A stretch of DNA of 58,437 bases, filler included, from Globobulimina sp. (GCA_003354225.1; 9 parts of 9 records of this genome joined end to end with filler, not necessarily neighbours in it), one strand, 5' to 3'; counted from the first letter of the whole stretch, positions 20,545-32,627 are shown. The notes: generated from the letters alone by a model not told the origin. Program-made: numbers and translations.

Positions 20545-23500
20545 TCAAAAAGAATTAAGACACCACGACCAAGTATCCATAGAATGCGCGCGTAATATAT
20601 GTATCCATCGTGTTAATTCGTAGTACGATTTGCAATTTAAAGTCAGTGTGCCATGCTTTTTATGTTTAATTCGAAATTGATAGCTGTCGCCATATTTTTT
20701 AACTTGCTTCGGATCAATGTACGGATGCAATTTATGCACATCATCCGACTCCAACTCATAAACCGTAGCATTCAAATACACTTCAAACGGTAACAAATTA
20801 TGGTTCGTTTTGATACTTTTTGTAATAAAATTAATGTCGGGTTGGATGCACAAAGTACATGCGACCGGATCGAATTTGACTGTACACAGATGATTCAAAA
20901 AATATCTCTTCCGACAATTTTCCACCGACACTTTCATTCGACCCGTTTCCTGCTGTTGCTGTTGAATAATATCATGATACAAAGACTGCCGCCATTTCAA
21001 CGATTGCATCACCAAATTATCGAACATCGGTTGGGATAACATCTCCGTCGACGCCAATGAGCGCACACATTGGAAGGAAGAAAACATTCTCGTTTTCTGG
21101 ATCTCAGTCAAGAACTTCCTATACCGCGGATGCGCATATTTTTGTATTCGAATCGTCGATTTTGACTTTAAATCCTTATGCAATGCGCTGTTAATATTCA
21201 CCCAAAACAGTCGATATTGCTCTAACACCTCGACCCACGACGTACAGAATTCTTTTTGAAAATCGATAATCATCTCTCGCATCTTGTTATTTTTGCTCTT
21301 ATTATTTGCACTTTTGTCGTACCACTTTTTGCGCTCCGAACAGCGCGATATCGGCGCGGTGCGCGGCGAGCTCAACAATTTGTATTTGCTGTTGTTGTTA
21401 TTTATGTTTATATTGTCATTGATGTTTGTGATGTTATCGCGTCTCCGCGGAGGGAAGACTTGGTTTATTTGGTTGTGAAGATATGCGTGTTTTAGTAAGC
21501 CACTGATTAAGCGAAACATAGCTCGCGTCAATTTCGACTTTATTTTCATCGGTAATTGGTTGGGTTTCATGTCAAAATTCAACGGCAACTGCACATTGTT
21601 GGTATCCGCATCAATGATGACAGCACGGTCACATATATCATATTTATTGCTCGATATTATTTTATTCATCATATTAATGGACGCCACGCCAAATATATAC
21701 GGTATGGCCAGATTTAATAACGACAAACAACACGGCGATAACCACGGAATACAGGGATATTGCCACGAGAATGGATACATTAATACAAATAATGCGTCCA
21801 TAATGGCCAAACACCGACATCTCTCTCGGGATATTATAATGATTTGACACTCACTGAACATGGCACTGAACAGATTTAATATATTCTGCGGATCCAAACA
21901 CATTAATAATTCAGAAATGGACTCCAATTTTAGATATGGTAAACTCAATTCATTTCGCAACGACTTTTGTTTGACAGTGCATAAATTTAACCGCTTCTTC
22001 ATTTTATTTGGCTTATTTTCCTTACTTTCTTCGTTTAATAGCTGTACATTGCTATTTTGCTTATTTATCCATGGATTGTCTTCCAATTCCAAATAATCCG
22101 AGTCATGGAAAGCAATGTTGGTTAAAATGTTGGCAAACGATTTTAACAATTTATACGTTGGCCGCACGTTTCGTTTCTTGTTTATAGCGTGTTTGAATAA
22201 AGTATGTGGATGGAATATGAACACAATGCTATCCAACGAGATTATAAATGTTTCGTTTGCTTTCCAACATCGATGCGCTCGATTTAAGGTACGACTGATA
22301 TCCAAATCGACATTCAACGCCGATATACAATTTGTGATTGTCACCAAAGATTTGTCATTGTCAATTTCTGTGGATCGGCCACCTGAAAACTGCGAGGACT
22401 CCGTCCTCATTTTCCAATGCATTGTGAATAATTCATCCAAGTCGCACTCGCCACCGACAACATTCTTTTTCTTCTCTTTCTCGTCATTCACATTTATATA
22501 ATTAGCATACCTTTGATATAACGGCCGAATAACACTCGTATCCGCAGCTAATTGTATATGCGATAAACCCTCATTTTGCTCGTAATCAATACGGAAAGTC
22601 ACCGTCGGATTCTTTATAATTTCGTCCTTTTCTTCCTCGTTATGAGCATCATAGACATTGCGATGCGTTTCTTTTTGGACAGAATCCGCTCTATAAATCG
22701 CAGTGGAATTATAACGCGAAAAATCACTGTCTGAGCGATGTGCGTTTTTGATTTTCGATTTTGATTTTTTAGAGTTTTTTTGGATGTTTTTTTGATATTG
22801 GTTTTGCGGAATGCGTTGTTTGTTAAAATTGTCAAATGGAATATTTAGGTTATTGTTATGGCGTTGGGTCCGCGAAGATTTATTATGATCATGCTTTGCT
22901 TTGTTTTGCTTATGGTCCATAATCACAATGTCTTCCTGAGCGATCATAAAGGTTTCCAACGAAATATACGACACAAATATCTCCACATTCTCTGCAATAA
23001 ACGGATTATCATAACATATCAATAAACGTAAGATCCGCTTAAACAAAGCAAAAATTTGCAGCCTGGAATGCGTATCAATGCGTCGCAAAAATATCCAATC
23101 ATTGGAATCTTTATACGTACTAAAAAATGCATTCTTTGATTGTTGCCAGAAATTTTTCGAGGTTTGACTCGCAGTGTTCGCCGCTTGCTCACTTTTGGAA
23201 TTTGCGCCTTTTAAGAATTCATGCTCCGCCAAAGCAATATAACACTCAATCAACAGTCCAATATCTTTTGTTTGCGATTTGCTTAAACTCAAAGCAGTAT
23301 ACAGCGGGAGATTGATGTCAACCAAACAATGTGCTATCACTTCATCGATCGGTCTTGAATTGTCATTAAATATTTTGTTTCCCAGCCATTGTATAATGAC
23401 ATCGGAGCACTTTCTATCTTTCAACACAAACCTAGGCAACGCATAATATTCCATCATGATCTCCAAATAAGTTTTGCTGAGTTCCAGGCAACATTTCGAG

Positions 23501-25956
23501 TGCATGATAGGCTCAATGGACTTGTAGAAGACGCGCGATATCAATAAGGCCGAGATGGCGTCCAATGGGTTTATATCTTTTTGGTGCAGACTCGCTACGG
23601 AGGCGCCCGCGTCGTAGAAATCGACCACACCGCCACCGCCGCCATAGCCACCTCTGCGGTGTTTTGGTTTGGCGTCGGGTGTTGGCGGCGCAATGCAACC
23701 ATCTTCGATATCACATTCTTGTTTGTATTCCTTACATTCTTCGTGTTTGAAGTCATTCTGATTATGAACCGGTTCCGTAATCACAATCTTTGCGGATTTC
23801 CGCGATTGTCTTTTTTTGTCGACACGCACTCGTTCAATCTGCTGCTGATATTTTCGGATTAATTTATCAAAACACCTTTGCTGCAAAACCAGCCCTTTTA
23901 AGTAATTTAATTTTGCTTTCTTGACAAAGGATTCTTTGCGTTCCAATTTCATGGTTTCGTCCAATAAACGCAAGGCAGCATCGAACTTATCCTCTCGTTG
24001 GCAATTTATCATAATCAAGACCCGCAATTGTATGAACTCCAAAGAGCTTAACAATTCTTTGTTTTTCGACGAATAGTTTGCTAAAATGCGTTGTTGAATG
24101 ATATCGTCAGCGGACTGATATTTGCCGTGCTTAAAATAAGCGCGAGCCAATTGGAACAATATCAGCAATCTGCGAGCTTCTGAATGACCGGCAAACACAT
24201 TTTTTTTCAAATACTCCAATAACATTATGGCTTGCTCCAAATAGTTACCTCCGGAAATATACAAGTTGGCCAAAACCAATATCAATGAGCCGATGGATAT
24301 TCTTTCTTCGCCCTCGCAGTGCTCAAATATTTTCTGAATGGAAATGTTATCCATATTATCTATGTCAATCTGGCCATGAATCGAGTCGTTGTGATAAGAC
24401 AATACATTTAAATATATGGTTTTGATGCCATTTTGAATTTCCTTCTCGCTCTGATTGAAGTTGTTTAGTTTGAGATGAATGGTGGAAATTTGCTGTGATA
24501 AATACACAAATTCGTTGAGATTCAAATAATTATCTTTCAATTTCTTGAGAGTGATGTTATGATATTTGATGGCTCGATTCCAATCTTCTTTTTCTGTGCA
24601 GGTAATACACAGTTTTCGTATGATTTGAAACCTCCGCTCATATTTCCCGCGTTGCTGCAAACAATCAATGACTTTCTCCAACGCCACAATGGCATATTGA
24701 TATTTTTTATTCTCCAACAAAACATCGGCGTAATCAATCAAAACCAGACTGGCCAGCTCAGTGTGCATCGTGCCGTCCAATGGGAAGAATTCGTGCATTG
24801 ACAACGTCTTTAAACAATACAAAGCTTCAAAGAAATATTTCTCACTCTCATAAAACTTGCGTTGGTGATATAACTTTGAATGGCCAATGACCCACGAAAC
24901 CCGAGCTCGTAAAAAGGAAAAACCGCGAAACTGCGAATATTTCTCAATCAATTTATCAATTCTTAACTGCGGATTGCTGCATAGTTCGATGCGTAATTTC
25001 AAGCTCTCATCGTAGTGCTTAGTGTGCACAAAATCATATTCATATTCGTGCTCTTCCTCTGCCTCATATAAGTATTTATTAATTTTATTGTAGCCATCCA
25101 ACCAATTAAAGTCTTTGGAGTTGATATCATAGGCGGCGCGATCCGATAATATCGAACTGTTTAAAGGCGAATAATTTTCCATATACAAATCCAAAGCGAC
25201 CAACGCTTTGACACATAATTCAAAACAAGGCATATCCGAATACATCGCACCCTCATTTTTGGCATAAATCTGCACAAATGACTGCATGCAACGCGTTGCA
25301 TTTTTTTTGTCAATATGTGCGCGATGTGTTTCTTTTAATAGTTCCAAATGAAAGCGAAACTTTTTAAATATTTTCTTTGTGTGATCCAAATAGTGATAAA
25401 ATTTATTTTCCACTGCATTCGAACGTAAACGACACGAAATGCGCGCAAATGTATGTAATAACATTAGAAATAGTTTAAATAATTGATAATCTTCGCGTTG
25501 TTCATGGCGTAGCATCAATTTGTAATTATCGCCAGCAAAATGCTCAAATATTGACTCGATTAAATCAAAGCAGCGTTTTACAGCATGTCGGTCTTTGCCA
25601 CGATAATAATTATACACTTTATTGATACCCTTCTTTAACCAACAAAATATGTCTTCGCCTGCCTTCATAGTCAGATTTATATTTTTCTCTTTCTCCTCGA
25701 TATATGTCTCAATATCATTTGGATTTGCATTGGAATTCGATTTGATCCATTTTACCAAATGAATGTTTTGCAAACGATGATAGTCTTCGCTTTCCAGCAA
25801 ATCATTAGAATGGAATTTGGAACCTATATTGGTATTATTTGTATATATTTTATATATATTAAATTGTATGCAGTTACCTGTATCTGTGTTACTGACAGGA
25901 AAGAAATCGGCGAGTATCTGTGCTACTGACAGAGATGGAGGAATACACACAACCAT
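20545..25956 (-). CDS. TPR-repeat + DENN + PH domain protein (putative Rab GEF); 5' partial
   Basis: DENN core (LFSAMFSECQIII...MYPFSWQYPCIPWL...PYIFGV), dDENN (FLTEIQKTRMFSSF), PH end (LTLNCKSYYELTRWIHIL), TPR-like helices. Probable introns near 25980 and at 25824-25877. Confidence 0.85.
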   Translation of the reverse strand: MVVCIPPSLSVAQILADFFPVSNTDTGNCIQFNIYKIYTNNTNIGSKFHSNDLLESEDYHRLQNIHLVKWIKSNSNANPNDIETYIEEKEKNINLTMKAGEDIFCWLKKGINKVYNYYRGKDRHAVKRCFDLIESIFEHFAGDNYKLMLRHEQREDYQLFKLFLMLLHTFARISCRLRSNAVENKFYHYLDHTKKIFKKFRFHLELLKETHRAHIDKKNATRCMQSFVQIYAKNEGAMYSDMPCFELCVKALVALDLYMENYSPLNSSILSDRAAYDINSKDFNWLDGYNKINKYLYEAEEEHEYEYDFVHTKHYDESLKLRIELCSNPQLRIDKLIEKYSQFRGFSFLRARVSWVIGHSKLYHQRKFYESEKYFFEALYCLKTLSMHEFFPLDGTMHTELASLVLIDYADVLLENKKYQYAIVALEKVIDCLQQRGKYERRFQIIRKLCITCTEKEDWNRAIKYHNITLKKLKDNYLNLNEFVYLSQQISTIHLKLNNFNQSEKEIQNGIKTIYLNVLSYHNDSIHGQIDIDNMDNISIQKIFEHCEGEERISIGSLILVLANLYISGGNYLEQAIMLLEYLKKNVFAGHSEARRLLILFQLARAYFKHGKYQSADDIIQQRILANYSSKNKELLSSLEFIQLRVLIMINCQREDKFDAALRLLDETMKLERKESFVKKAKLNYLKGLVLQQRCFDKLIRKYQQQIERVRVDKKRQSRKSAKIVITEPVHNQNDFKHEECKEYKQECDIEDGCIAPPTPDAKPKHRRGGYGGGGGVVDFYDAGASVASLHQKDINPLDAISALLISRVFYKSIEPIMHSKCCLELSKTYLEIMMEYYALPRFVLKDRKCSDVIIQWLGNKIFNDNSRPIDEVIAHCLVDINLPLYTALSLSKSQTKDIGLLIECYIALAEHEFLKGANSKSEQAANTASQTSKNFWQQSKNAFFSTYKDSNDWIFLRRIDTHSRLQIFALFKRILRLLICYDNPFIAENVEIFVSYISLETFMIAQEDIVIMDHKQNKAKHDHNKSSRTQRHNNNLNIPFDNFNKQRIPQNQYQKNIQKNSKKSKSKIKNAHRSDSDFSRYNSTAIYRADSVQKETHRNVYDAHNEEEKDEIIKNPTVTFRIDYEQNEGLSHIQLAADTSVIRPLYQRYANYINVNDEKEKKKNVVGGECDLDELFTMHWKMRTESSQFSGGRSTEIDNDKSLVTITNCISALNVDLDISRTLNRAHRCWKANETFIISLDSIVFIFHPHTLFKHAINKKRNVRPTYKLLKSFANILTNIAFHDSDYLELEDNPWINKQNSNVQLLNEESKENKPNKMKKRLNLCTVKQKSLRNELSLPYLKLESISELLMCLDPQNILNLFSAMFSECQIIIISRERCRCLAIMDALFVLMYPFSWQYPCIPWLSPCCLSLLNLAIPYIFGVASINMMNKIISSNKYDICDRAVIIDADTNNVQLPLNFDMKPNQLPMKIKSKLTRAMFRLISGLLKHAYLHNQINQVFPPRRRDNITNINDNININNNNSKYKLLSSPRTAPISRCSERKKWYDKSANNKSKNNKMREMIIDFQKEFCTSWVEVLEQYRLFWVNINSALHKDLKSKSTIRIQKYAHPRYRKFLTEIQKTRMFSSFQCVRSLASTEMLSQPMFDNLVMQSLKWRQSLYHDIIQQQQQETGRMKVSVENCRKRYFLNHLCTVKFDPVACTLCIQPDINFITKSIKTNHNLLPFEVYLNATVYELESDDVHKLHPYIDPKQVKKYGDSYQFRIKHKKHGTLTLNCKSYYELTRWIHILRAHSMDTWSWCLNSF

Positions 25957-26116
25957 TAATTCAACAACTAAATTCGCTCACAAATCATCAAAAACATTTA
26001 ATATTGTGTCGAATCGNNNNNNNNNNNNNNNNNNNNNNNNNNNNNNNNNNNNNNNNNNNNTTAATTAATTAANNNNNNNNNNNNNNNNNNNNNNNNNNNN
26101 NNNNNNNNNNNNNNNN

Positions 26117-29100
26117 TATAGTAAATAACACGCAATCCTTCCTAGAGACTGCCGCATCGCAAGGAGACGAAATTGAAGTATTGAATAATAATAATAACAA
26201 TGAAATATTTGACGCGGATCTATTTATGAATGATGATGCATTGATTAATAACGGATTGGATGACGCGGACTTCGGGGTAGAAAATGAAGAATTATCATCA
26301 GACGACGCGAAAACAGAAATAATTCCAACGGATACTATCACCCCACAACAACCTGTAGCAACTCCAATGGATACAAATACAACAAACGCAGTGATACAAA
26401 ATGGCGCTAAACAGACAAACAAAACCGTGATCTCCGATAATATTGAAACAGTGACAGCCAATGAACAATTCCAGCAATATACGTTTGGGGTACTGCCCAA
26501 CGAAAAGAACCAAGAAAGAAACTCAAAAGAAAACCGCAACCGAAACCAACACCAAAATTGCAAATCACTCCGAATATCCCGAAATATGTTCGAAGCCGGG
26601 GATCAAAGGCAAATGCATTTCACAAAGACTTAATTACCAACCAATTGAAAGATGGCAATAAAAAGAAAAAGAAAGAAAACACATTACCATTTAACAACAT
26701 TAGAGGCAAAGGATTACAAAGCAAAGCAAGAAAGAAAGACAAAGCAAAGCATAATTCGGGTAATGACAATGGTAAATATAAGAAATAAGTGCGATGAAGA
26801 TAGAAAAGACAAACAATCAATCTCCAAAATAATAAATTATACCTTTTATCCCCTTTTCTGTTTATGTATTATATGCTATCTTATCCTGTATAGTAACTTT
26901 GACGTTGTAACTGAAGACAGAGACCATTTTATATTTACGGACTTGTATGTTGGGTATTTTACCCATTACTATCCGTTTCTAGACCATATAAAATCCTCTA
27001 CTTCAGTATCAACCTTTCCTTTTGAATTAAGCCACAAACAAAGTTTAAATAAAATAATTAATTCAGTAACTTTTCATTCAAAATTAAATAAAGTAAACAA
27101 ACCTAACAAACTAAGCATAAAAACAACTCGAAATCACACACTAAAACGCACACAAAAAGCACCAAATACCTCCTACAACAATGGTAATATATAAAATATT
27201 ACAATATAATATAAGTGGGATAATAAACCCATCCAAAATGTCCCAAGAAGATAAATGCATTAAACTAAGACAAATAATGCACTCCAAACAAATAGACTTC
27301 CTATTATTACAAGAATGGAGTGCTACACTCCGATATCCATTGCAACCGAACGAAACCCATTATACGGATAAAAATAACATAAAACACCCACTTAAATTCC
27401 CAATAAAATACTTCCAAAATTATAATGTCCATCACGTAGGCACAGAAACTGCCATTTTATATCGGAAATCTTTAAATGTCACTCCATTGCCTCCCCCACC
27501 AAACTATAATCATATAAATAGAACACAAAATTGCCACATAACCAGCATAATACTGCACAGTGGAGACCGAAATATAGGAATCCATTCGCTTTATAACTGT
27601 CCGAGTAATCCAAATATTGACCAACTGTTTGATTATCCAATGACAGTTGACCAGAATGTAATTGCTGGAGATTTCAATATCCCGAATGTAATTTGGGGCA
27701 GCAATAGATCCACAACAGAATCAAGCAACTTTGTGGATGCCATCCAGTTCCAAAATTGGGAAATTCTTAATATAAATAATCCATCTTATACCCACATCCA
27801 CAGGTCATACGGCACCAAATCCAATATAGATCTCACATTAATATCAGACGACCTCAAACACACAAAGTGGAATATCCTCCATTCGCTATATGACGAGAAC
27901 TGCTCAGATCATATTCCGATAATAACAGCGTTTGAGGTTTCCCATGATTTTGGATTTGAAGAAGACAAGAAAACCTGGAACCTGACTAACGACTCAAAGT
28001 GGAACAACTACACAAAAACGCTGGAAGAAACGTTACAAAATACAGAATTTGATATAAATCCGAATATATACACAGAGCAAATAACTTACATCATCTTATA
28101 TACTGCGGAACAAACCATTGGATATAAAACTTTCTACCGAGGACATAAACCTTGGTGGAATAGAAAAATAAAGAAACTAAAGAAGAAATGTAAAAGATTA
28201 CGAAGAAGAATACAAAGAATGAAAAAAAACGCGAAACGATTGAAAAAAGACTATACAAACTTCCCCAGATATAAACGAGAAAAATTAAAACTAAGCAGAT
28301 TCCAATCCCTTAAATACAACCAAATAACCATTGCAAAAGCGAAATATAATGATAAAGTAAACAAATATATACAAACATGCAAGGACTATGGCCGCAGATT
28401 CTGGCGAACCATATCCTGCAATAAAACAAACCAAACAAATACTAATAATATCCCCCCATTAAACCATAAAAATAAAACTAATATAACAGATCCAAAGCAA
28501 CAAGCAAAAGCATTGCATGATGCAATGACTAGACCTCCCAAACCACCATCAAACCCACAGCATGAACATTGGCATAAATATATAGATGAATATGTACCAA
28601 ACTACCTCATAAACCATCGCAATAATCCTCAAATCAATAAACATGATATCCATAACATATTAATAGATAAAAAGAAACAGAATAAATCCTCGCAAACCCA
28701 ATACCCATCAAACATAAATACGGAAATCAATCTAGAACTGAGCCAATATCAAACCCTCAATGATCCAATCTTGAAATATGAGATAAGAAATGTGATAAAA
28801 CGGCTAGACACTCACAAAGCATACGGTCCCGATAGAATCCATAACCAAATGCTTAAACATGGTGGGGATGCATTGATAAACTGTCTGATGCCTCTATTTA
28901 ACGTATGTATGGCCAATGGGACTTTCCCGGGATACTGGAACTTTGCCCATATCCTTCCAATACCAAAGCCAAATAAAGACCATAGTAATCCAAAAAACTA
29001 CCGGCCCATTGCAATATCTTCCTGCCTGGGTAGAGTTTTTGAAAAGATTTTAGCAAATAGACTGCAACATTTCTGTGTCATAAACAAAATATTCAATAAC

Positions 29101-32011
29101 TACCAGTGTGGCTTCCAAATAAATCGATGCTGCGACGATGTCCTAACAACCTTCATCTCCGATGTACAAACATCCTTTGATATGGTCAGTGATACCGATG
29201 TAGTCTTCACCGACTTTTCAAAAGCTTATGACAGTGTGTGGCATAATGGATTGTTATACAAACTGATACAAAACAACATCACTGGCAATATACTAAACGT
29301 TTTAGCATCATTCATCCAAACAAGATATACCAAAGTAATAACCAAAAAAGTTGAGTCAAATTGGGTGGCACAACCAATAGGAGTCCCGCAAGGATCTGCT
29401 CTTTCACCCATCCTATATATACTTTTCACGAATGATTACTGCTTAAAACACCCAAATTTAGTCCACTTTGCTTGCTTTGCTGATGATACAGCATTTTGGA
29501 CAAGCCCTGCCTCCAAAGATCCCCTCCGTTACAAATACCTACAAATTGAATTAAATAATTTTAGTGATTGGTGTGACCGATGGCAACTAATGATAAATCC
29601 ATCCAAATGTTCCTCCATAAACTTCTCACACAGCAAACCTATACAATTCTATCCTAAATCAAAAATAGCCATAAATCCGAAATCAAACAAACCAGAAACA
29701 ATTAGTAAATATAACATTCATTCCATACCAATAAAATACGAGAAAATAGTCCGATATCTGGGCCTATGGTTCGATGAGAAACTAAACTTCAAAGCACATA
29801 TTGAAAAAGTCCGAGCAAAGTCAATTCGCAGTTATTGGAAACTGTTTTTCGCAATGAAAGCAGGGTTGAAATTGACCCCATTATCCATATCAATGCTATA
29901 TAAATCCCTCGCGAGATCCCGAATGGAATACGGAATGACACACTATTACCCATACGACACCAAAAAGGTACTAAATATATTGCAAAATAAATTCCTCCGC
30001 TTAGCAATCCCATGCCGTCTGGATTCACCGATGGATATAATCCAAAACCTAATAAGAATAGAACCAATCGAACAGAGAGCCCAATATTTAACACTACGCC
30101 AACTAGCGAGGGCTTACTACAACGACTCCTACCATCCATTAAACAGAACCTTCAAATCATTGACAAAATATATAAACATAATACAATCACATAAATATCG
30201 CAGAACTTCCTCCAATAAAAACTCACCAAATCAGAATAAAAAATGCAAGAAATTCATCAATTTACAGAAAAACTCACTAATAATTGCATCAAATATATGC
30301 CAAAACGACCCCTCCATTAAAGCATTAACATTAAACATAAACCAAATGATAAAAACACAAATAACCGCATCCCCAACATACAACATCGCAATCATTCCAA
30401 CGAACTTTGATGTATCCACAAGAACAGAAAACCCAATAATCCCAACCAGTAACTCAATAATAATTGCATTTAGCGATGGATCATGCGACCCAAACCCAGG
30501 AAGGGGCGGAGCAGCGGTATTCATCCCAGAGCAGCCAGCCCACCTTGAAAGTTTCAAAAAAGTCTTTTATTTCAATCTACCAATAACAATAACAACCGCA
30601 GAGACGGAAGCGGTCCATATGTTATTGAACTACATAATTAATAATAGAATAAATAGACAAATAACGTACAAAATATACATAGATAACCTACCATTATTAC
30701 AGTTTATTGATGGCGCCAATTACCCAAAATACAACGATACCAAACTATTAATAGAAAACATATACATTAAACTCACACAAATACAATCAATCAAACCGAA
30801 TACACACATTTCATTCATCAAAATTAAATCACATAACAATAATATATTCAATGATAAAGTGGATGAATTAGCCAATTTTGCAGCTAAACATACAAAATAT
30901 AATCCAGAAAGATTCAATGAAATTACATACAACACCACAGTCACTCAATTGCATAATCAAATAAATTACAATTGGAGCCAGTCCTGGAAACAAAGGAATA
31001 CACAAAGTCACCAAGACAGCTACCAAATGTATAGAAATAACCCGATACTAAATAATAAATTATATAAACTAATAAAACTAACCAACAGAGATGAAGCGGC
31101 AATAATGAACCGACTCATTTCTGGCCATATCGAACTTAATTATTTCTTATATAAACATAAATTTAAAGACACAGACAAATCAATAATAATATCACCTCAT
31201 TGCAGCCAATGCCAAAACAACCAAATAGAATCAATACGCCATTTCATACTTAAATGCCCCGCCTATATAAAACAAAGGAAAAGAATGTTCAGCTCACTGA
31301 GCAAATCATGGAAAGGATTCAAACATAGAAACAGGATAAATATAGAGAACCTATTCTATCCGTACAACATCCGAGTCCTCCCTGACATTGAGACTGAACT
31401 AACACTTGAAGTACAAATAAATATTTGGAAAAACATTCTTCAATTCGTAAAAGAAACAAAACGATTCAATTACCTATACCAAGTGGACCTAAAGAATATA
31501 TGCCCGATCATCCCCGATCAAGAAAGTTAGTGTACGTTTGTACACCACTTTCCAAAATATATTATATTTTTACCTTTGTTCATTGGTTCCAATCACCAAA
31601 TAAAAGGACTTGTATCCTTGTTTGTGTATACTATTTAAATAGTGTTCCTTCTTGTGTATGGGTGAAATCTTTAATTGATTTCTTAATGTTTGCTTTAAAG
31701 AGTCATAAATTGCAACTATGTACAAGTCAATGTACCAATAAAGCGGTCTGTATGAAATGAAGTCCTATATAACATGTCTCTTTGTAACAATTTTTGACTT
31801 GTGGGAAAATATAAAGGTATGATCAAATTTATACGTACAGGATATGGGATCATAGATTTTTTTATGGTCAAAATCATATGGATAAATACAAAGCTTTTTT
31901 TTTTTGTTCATGCGGGCGACCGGTGTGGTTGTCCATGTGATCATTCATTTGATCATACATTGATGTATGATCACGGGACTCGAACTCTAGTAACCCTCAC
32001 TAAAAAAAAAA
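26117..32011 (+). mobile_element. Non-LTR retrotransposon (LINE, I-group-like) with intact ORF2 and 3' poly(A)
   Basis: APE-RT-RNase H-CCHC ORF, an upstream broken ORF1-like region, a 3' UTR stem-loop and A10 at 32002-32011. Confidence 0.9.
27181..31530 (+). CDS. LINE ORF2: AP endonuclease, RT, RNase H, CCHC finger
   Basis: LQYNISG, LLQE, AGDFN, IDLTL, SDHIPI; KAYGPD, NYRPIA, DFSKAYDSV, GVPQGSALSP, FADD, YLG; FSDGS, IDN, IKSH, NDKVDELA; CSQC..ESIRHFILKC. Confidence 0.96.
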   Translation: MVIYKILQYNISGIINPSKMSQEDKCIKLRQIMHSKQIDFLLLQEWSATLRYPLQPNETHYTDKNNIKHPLKFPIKYFQNYNVHHVGTETAILYRKSLNVTPLPPPPNYNHINRTQNCHITSIILHSGDRNIGIHSLYNCPSNPNIDQLFDYPMTVDQNVIAGDFNIPNVIWGSNRSTTESSNFVDAIQFQNWEILNINNPSYTHIHRSYGTKSNIDLTLISDDLKHTKWNILHSLYDENCSDHIPIITAFEVSHDFGFEEDKKTWNLTNDSKWNNYTKTLEETLQNTEFDINPNIYTEQITYIILYTAEQTIGYKTFYRGHKPWWNRKIKKLKKKCKRLRRRIQRMKKNAKRLKKDYTNFPRYKREKLKLSRFQSLKYNQITIAKAKYNDKVNKYIQTCKDYGRRFWRTISCNKTNQTNTNNIPPLNHKNKTNITDPKQQAKALHDAMTRPPKPPSNPQHEHWHKYIDEYVPNYLINHRNNPQINKHDIHNILIDKKKQNKSSQTQYPSNINTEINLELSQYQTLNDPILKYEIRNVIKRLDTHKAYGPDRIHNQMLKHGGDALINCLMPLFNVCMANGTFPGYWNFAHILPIPKPNKDHSNPKNYRPIAISSCLGRVFEKILANRLQHFCVINKIFNNYQCGFQINRCCDDVLTTFISDVQTSFDMVSDTDVVFTDFSKAYDSVWHNGLLYKLIQNNITGNILNVLASFIQTRYTKVITKKVESNWVAQPIGVPQGSALSPILYILFTNDYCLKHPNLVHFACFADDTAFWTSPASKDPLRYKYLQIELNNFSDWCDRWQLMINPSKCSSINFSHSKPIQFYPKSKIAINPKSNKPETISKYNIHSIPIKYEKIVRYLGLWFDEKLNFKAHIEKVRAKSIRSYWKLFFAMKAGLKLTPLSISMLYKSLARSRMEYGMTHYYPYDTKKVLNILQNKFLRLAIPCRLDSPMDIIQNLIRIEPIEQRAQYLTLRQLARAYYNDSYHPLNRTFKSLTKYINIIQSHKYRRTSSNKNSPNQNKKCKKFINLQKNSLIIASNICQNDPSIKALTLNINQMIKTQITASPTYNIAIIPTNFDVSTRTENPIIPTSNSIIIAFSDGSCDPNPGRGGAAVFIPEQPAHLESFKKVFYFNLPITITTAETEAVHMLLNYIINNRINRQITYKIYIDNLPLLQFIDGANYPKYNDTKLLIENIYIKLTQIQSIKPNTHISFIKIKSHNNNIFNDKVDELANFAAKHTKYNPERFNEITYNTTVTQLHNQINYNWSQSWKQRNTQSHQDSYQMYRNNPILNNKLYKLIKLTNRDEAAIMNRLISGHIELNYFLYKHKFKDTDKSIIISPHCSQCQNNQIESIRHFILKCPAYIKQRKRMFSSLSKSWKGFKHRNRINIENLFYPYNIRVLPDIETELTLEVQINIWKNILQFVKETKRFNYLYQVDLKNICPIIPDQES

Positions 32012-32627
32012 CCCTCACTCCATTTGCTCTTTTTTCGCATTTAAGGCATCAAATTGTTCCAATGTGACTTGATTGAAAGTTTGTAATTGTATTGGTGATA
32101 GGCTTTGATTGCTGCAACGCGAATTTGAGATCACCATATCTTCGAAGAAATGTTGCTTTGAATTTTGACCATCGACACAAGCGAGTATTGTGAGCCTGTC
32201 CAGTCCAAACAGTCTTACAATAATATATGTTTATTGTTTGTAAAATATAGCATTAAAAAAAAAACATGCCTCGAATTTTGCCTGTCTGGCATTTGCTCGT
32301 CCACGAACTGATATAATTAATGCGAATTCGTTTTTAACGATAAATAATTCGGAGACGCTTCCATGCCTGCGCTCTAAATAGAAAACAGTGCCACTCTTTC
32401 CTGTATCCTCTGCTTCCTCTGCCTCAGTTGTCATTACTACAGAGGTTTTTCGAGTTTTACAGAGTTTGACTAATGTAACGGGAACACATCAGTATATATG
32501 ATTAAGACGCCAAACTAGCTAATATATNNNNNNNNNNNNNNNNNNNNNNNNNNNNNNNNNNNNNNNNNNNNTTAATTAATTAANNNNNNNNNNNNNNNNN
32601 NNNNNNNNNNNNNNNNNNNNNNNNNNN

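Noticed and set aside
25817-26563. ORFs containing X runs (also 45315-45542 and the tail of 52016-54583)
   Set aside because: They read through N spacers and end at linker stops.
31991-32000. Telomeric repeat (TAACCCT) at the LINE end
   Set aside because: A single unit only, not a tandem array.
32014-32434. Small minus-strand gene with a possible GC-AG intron next to the LINE tail
   Set aside because: Two downstream frames are both open and no motif is recognisable, so no model can be supported.
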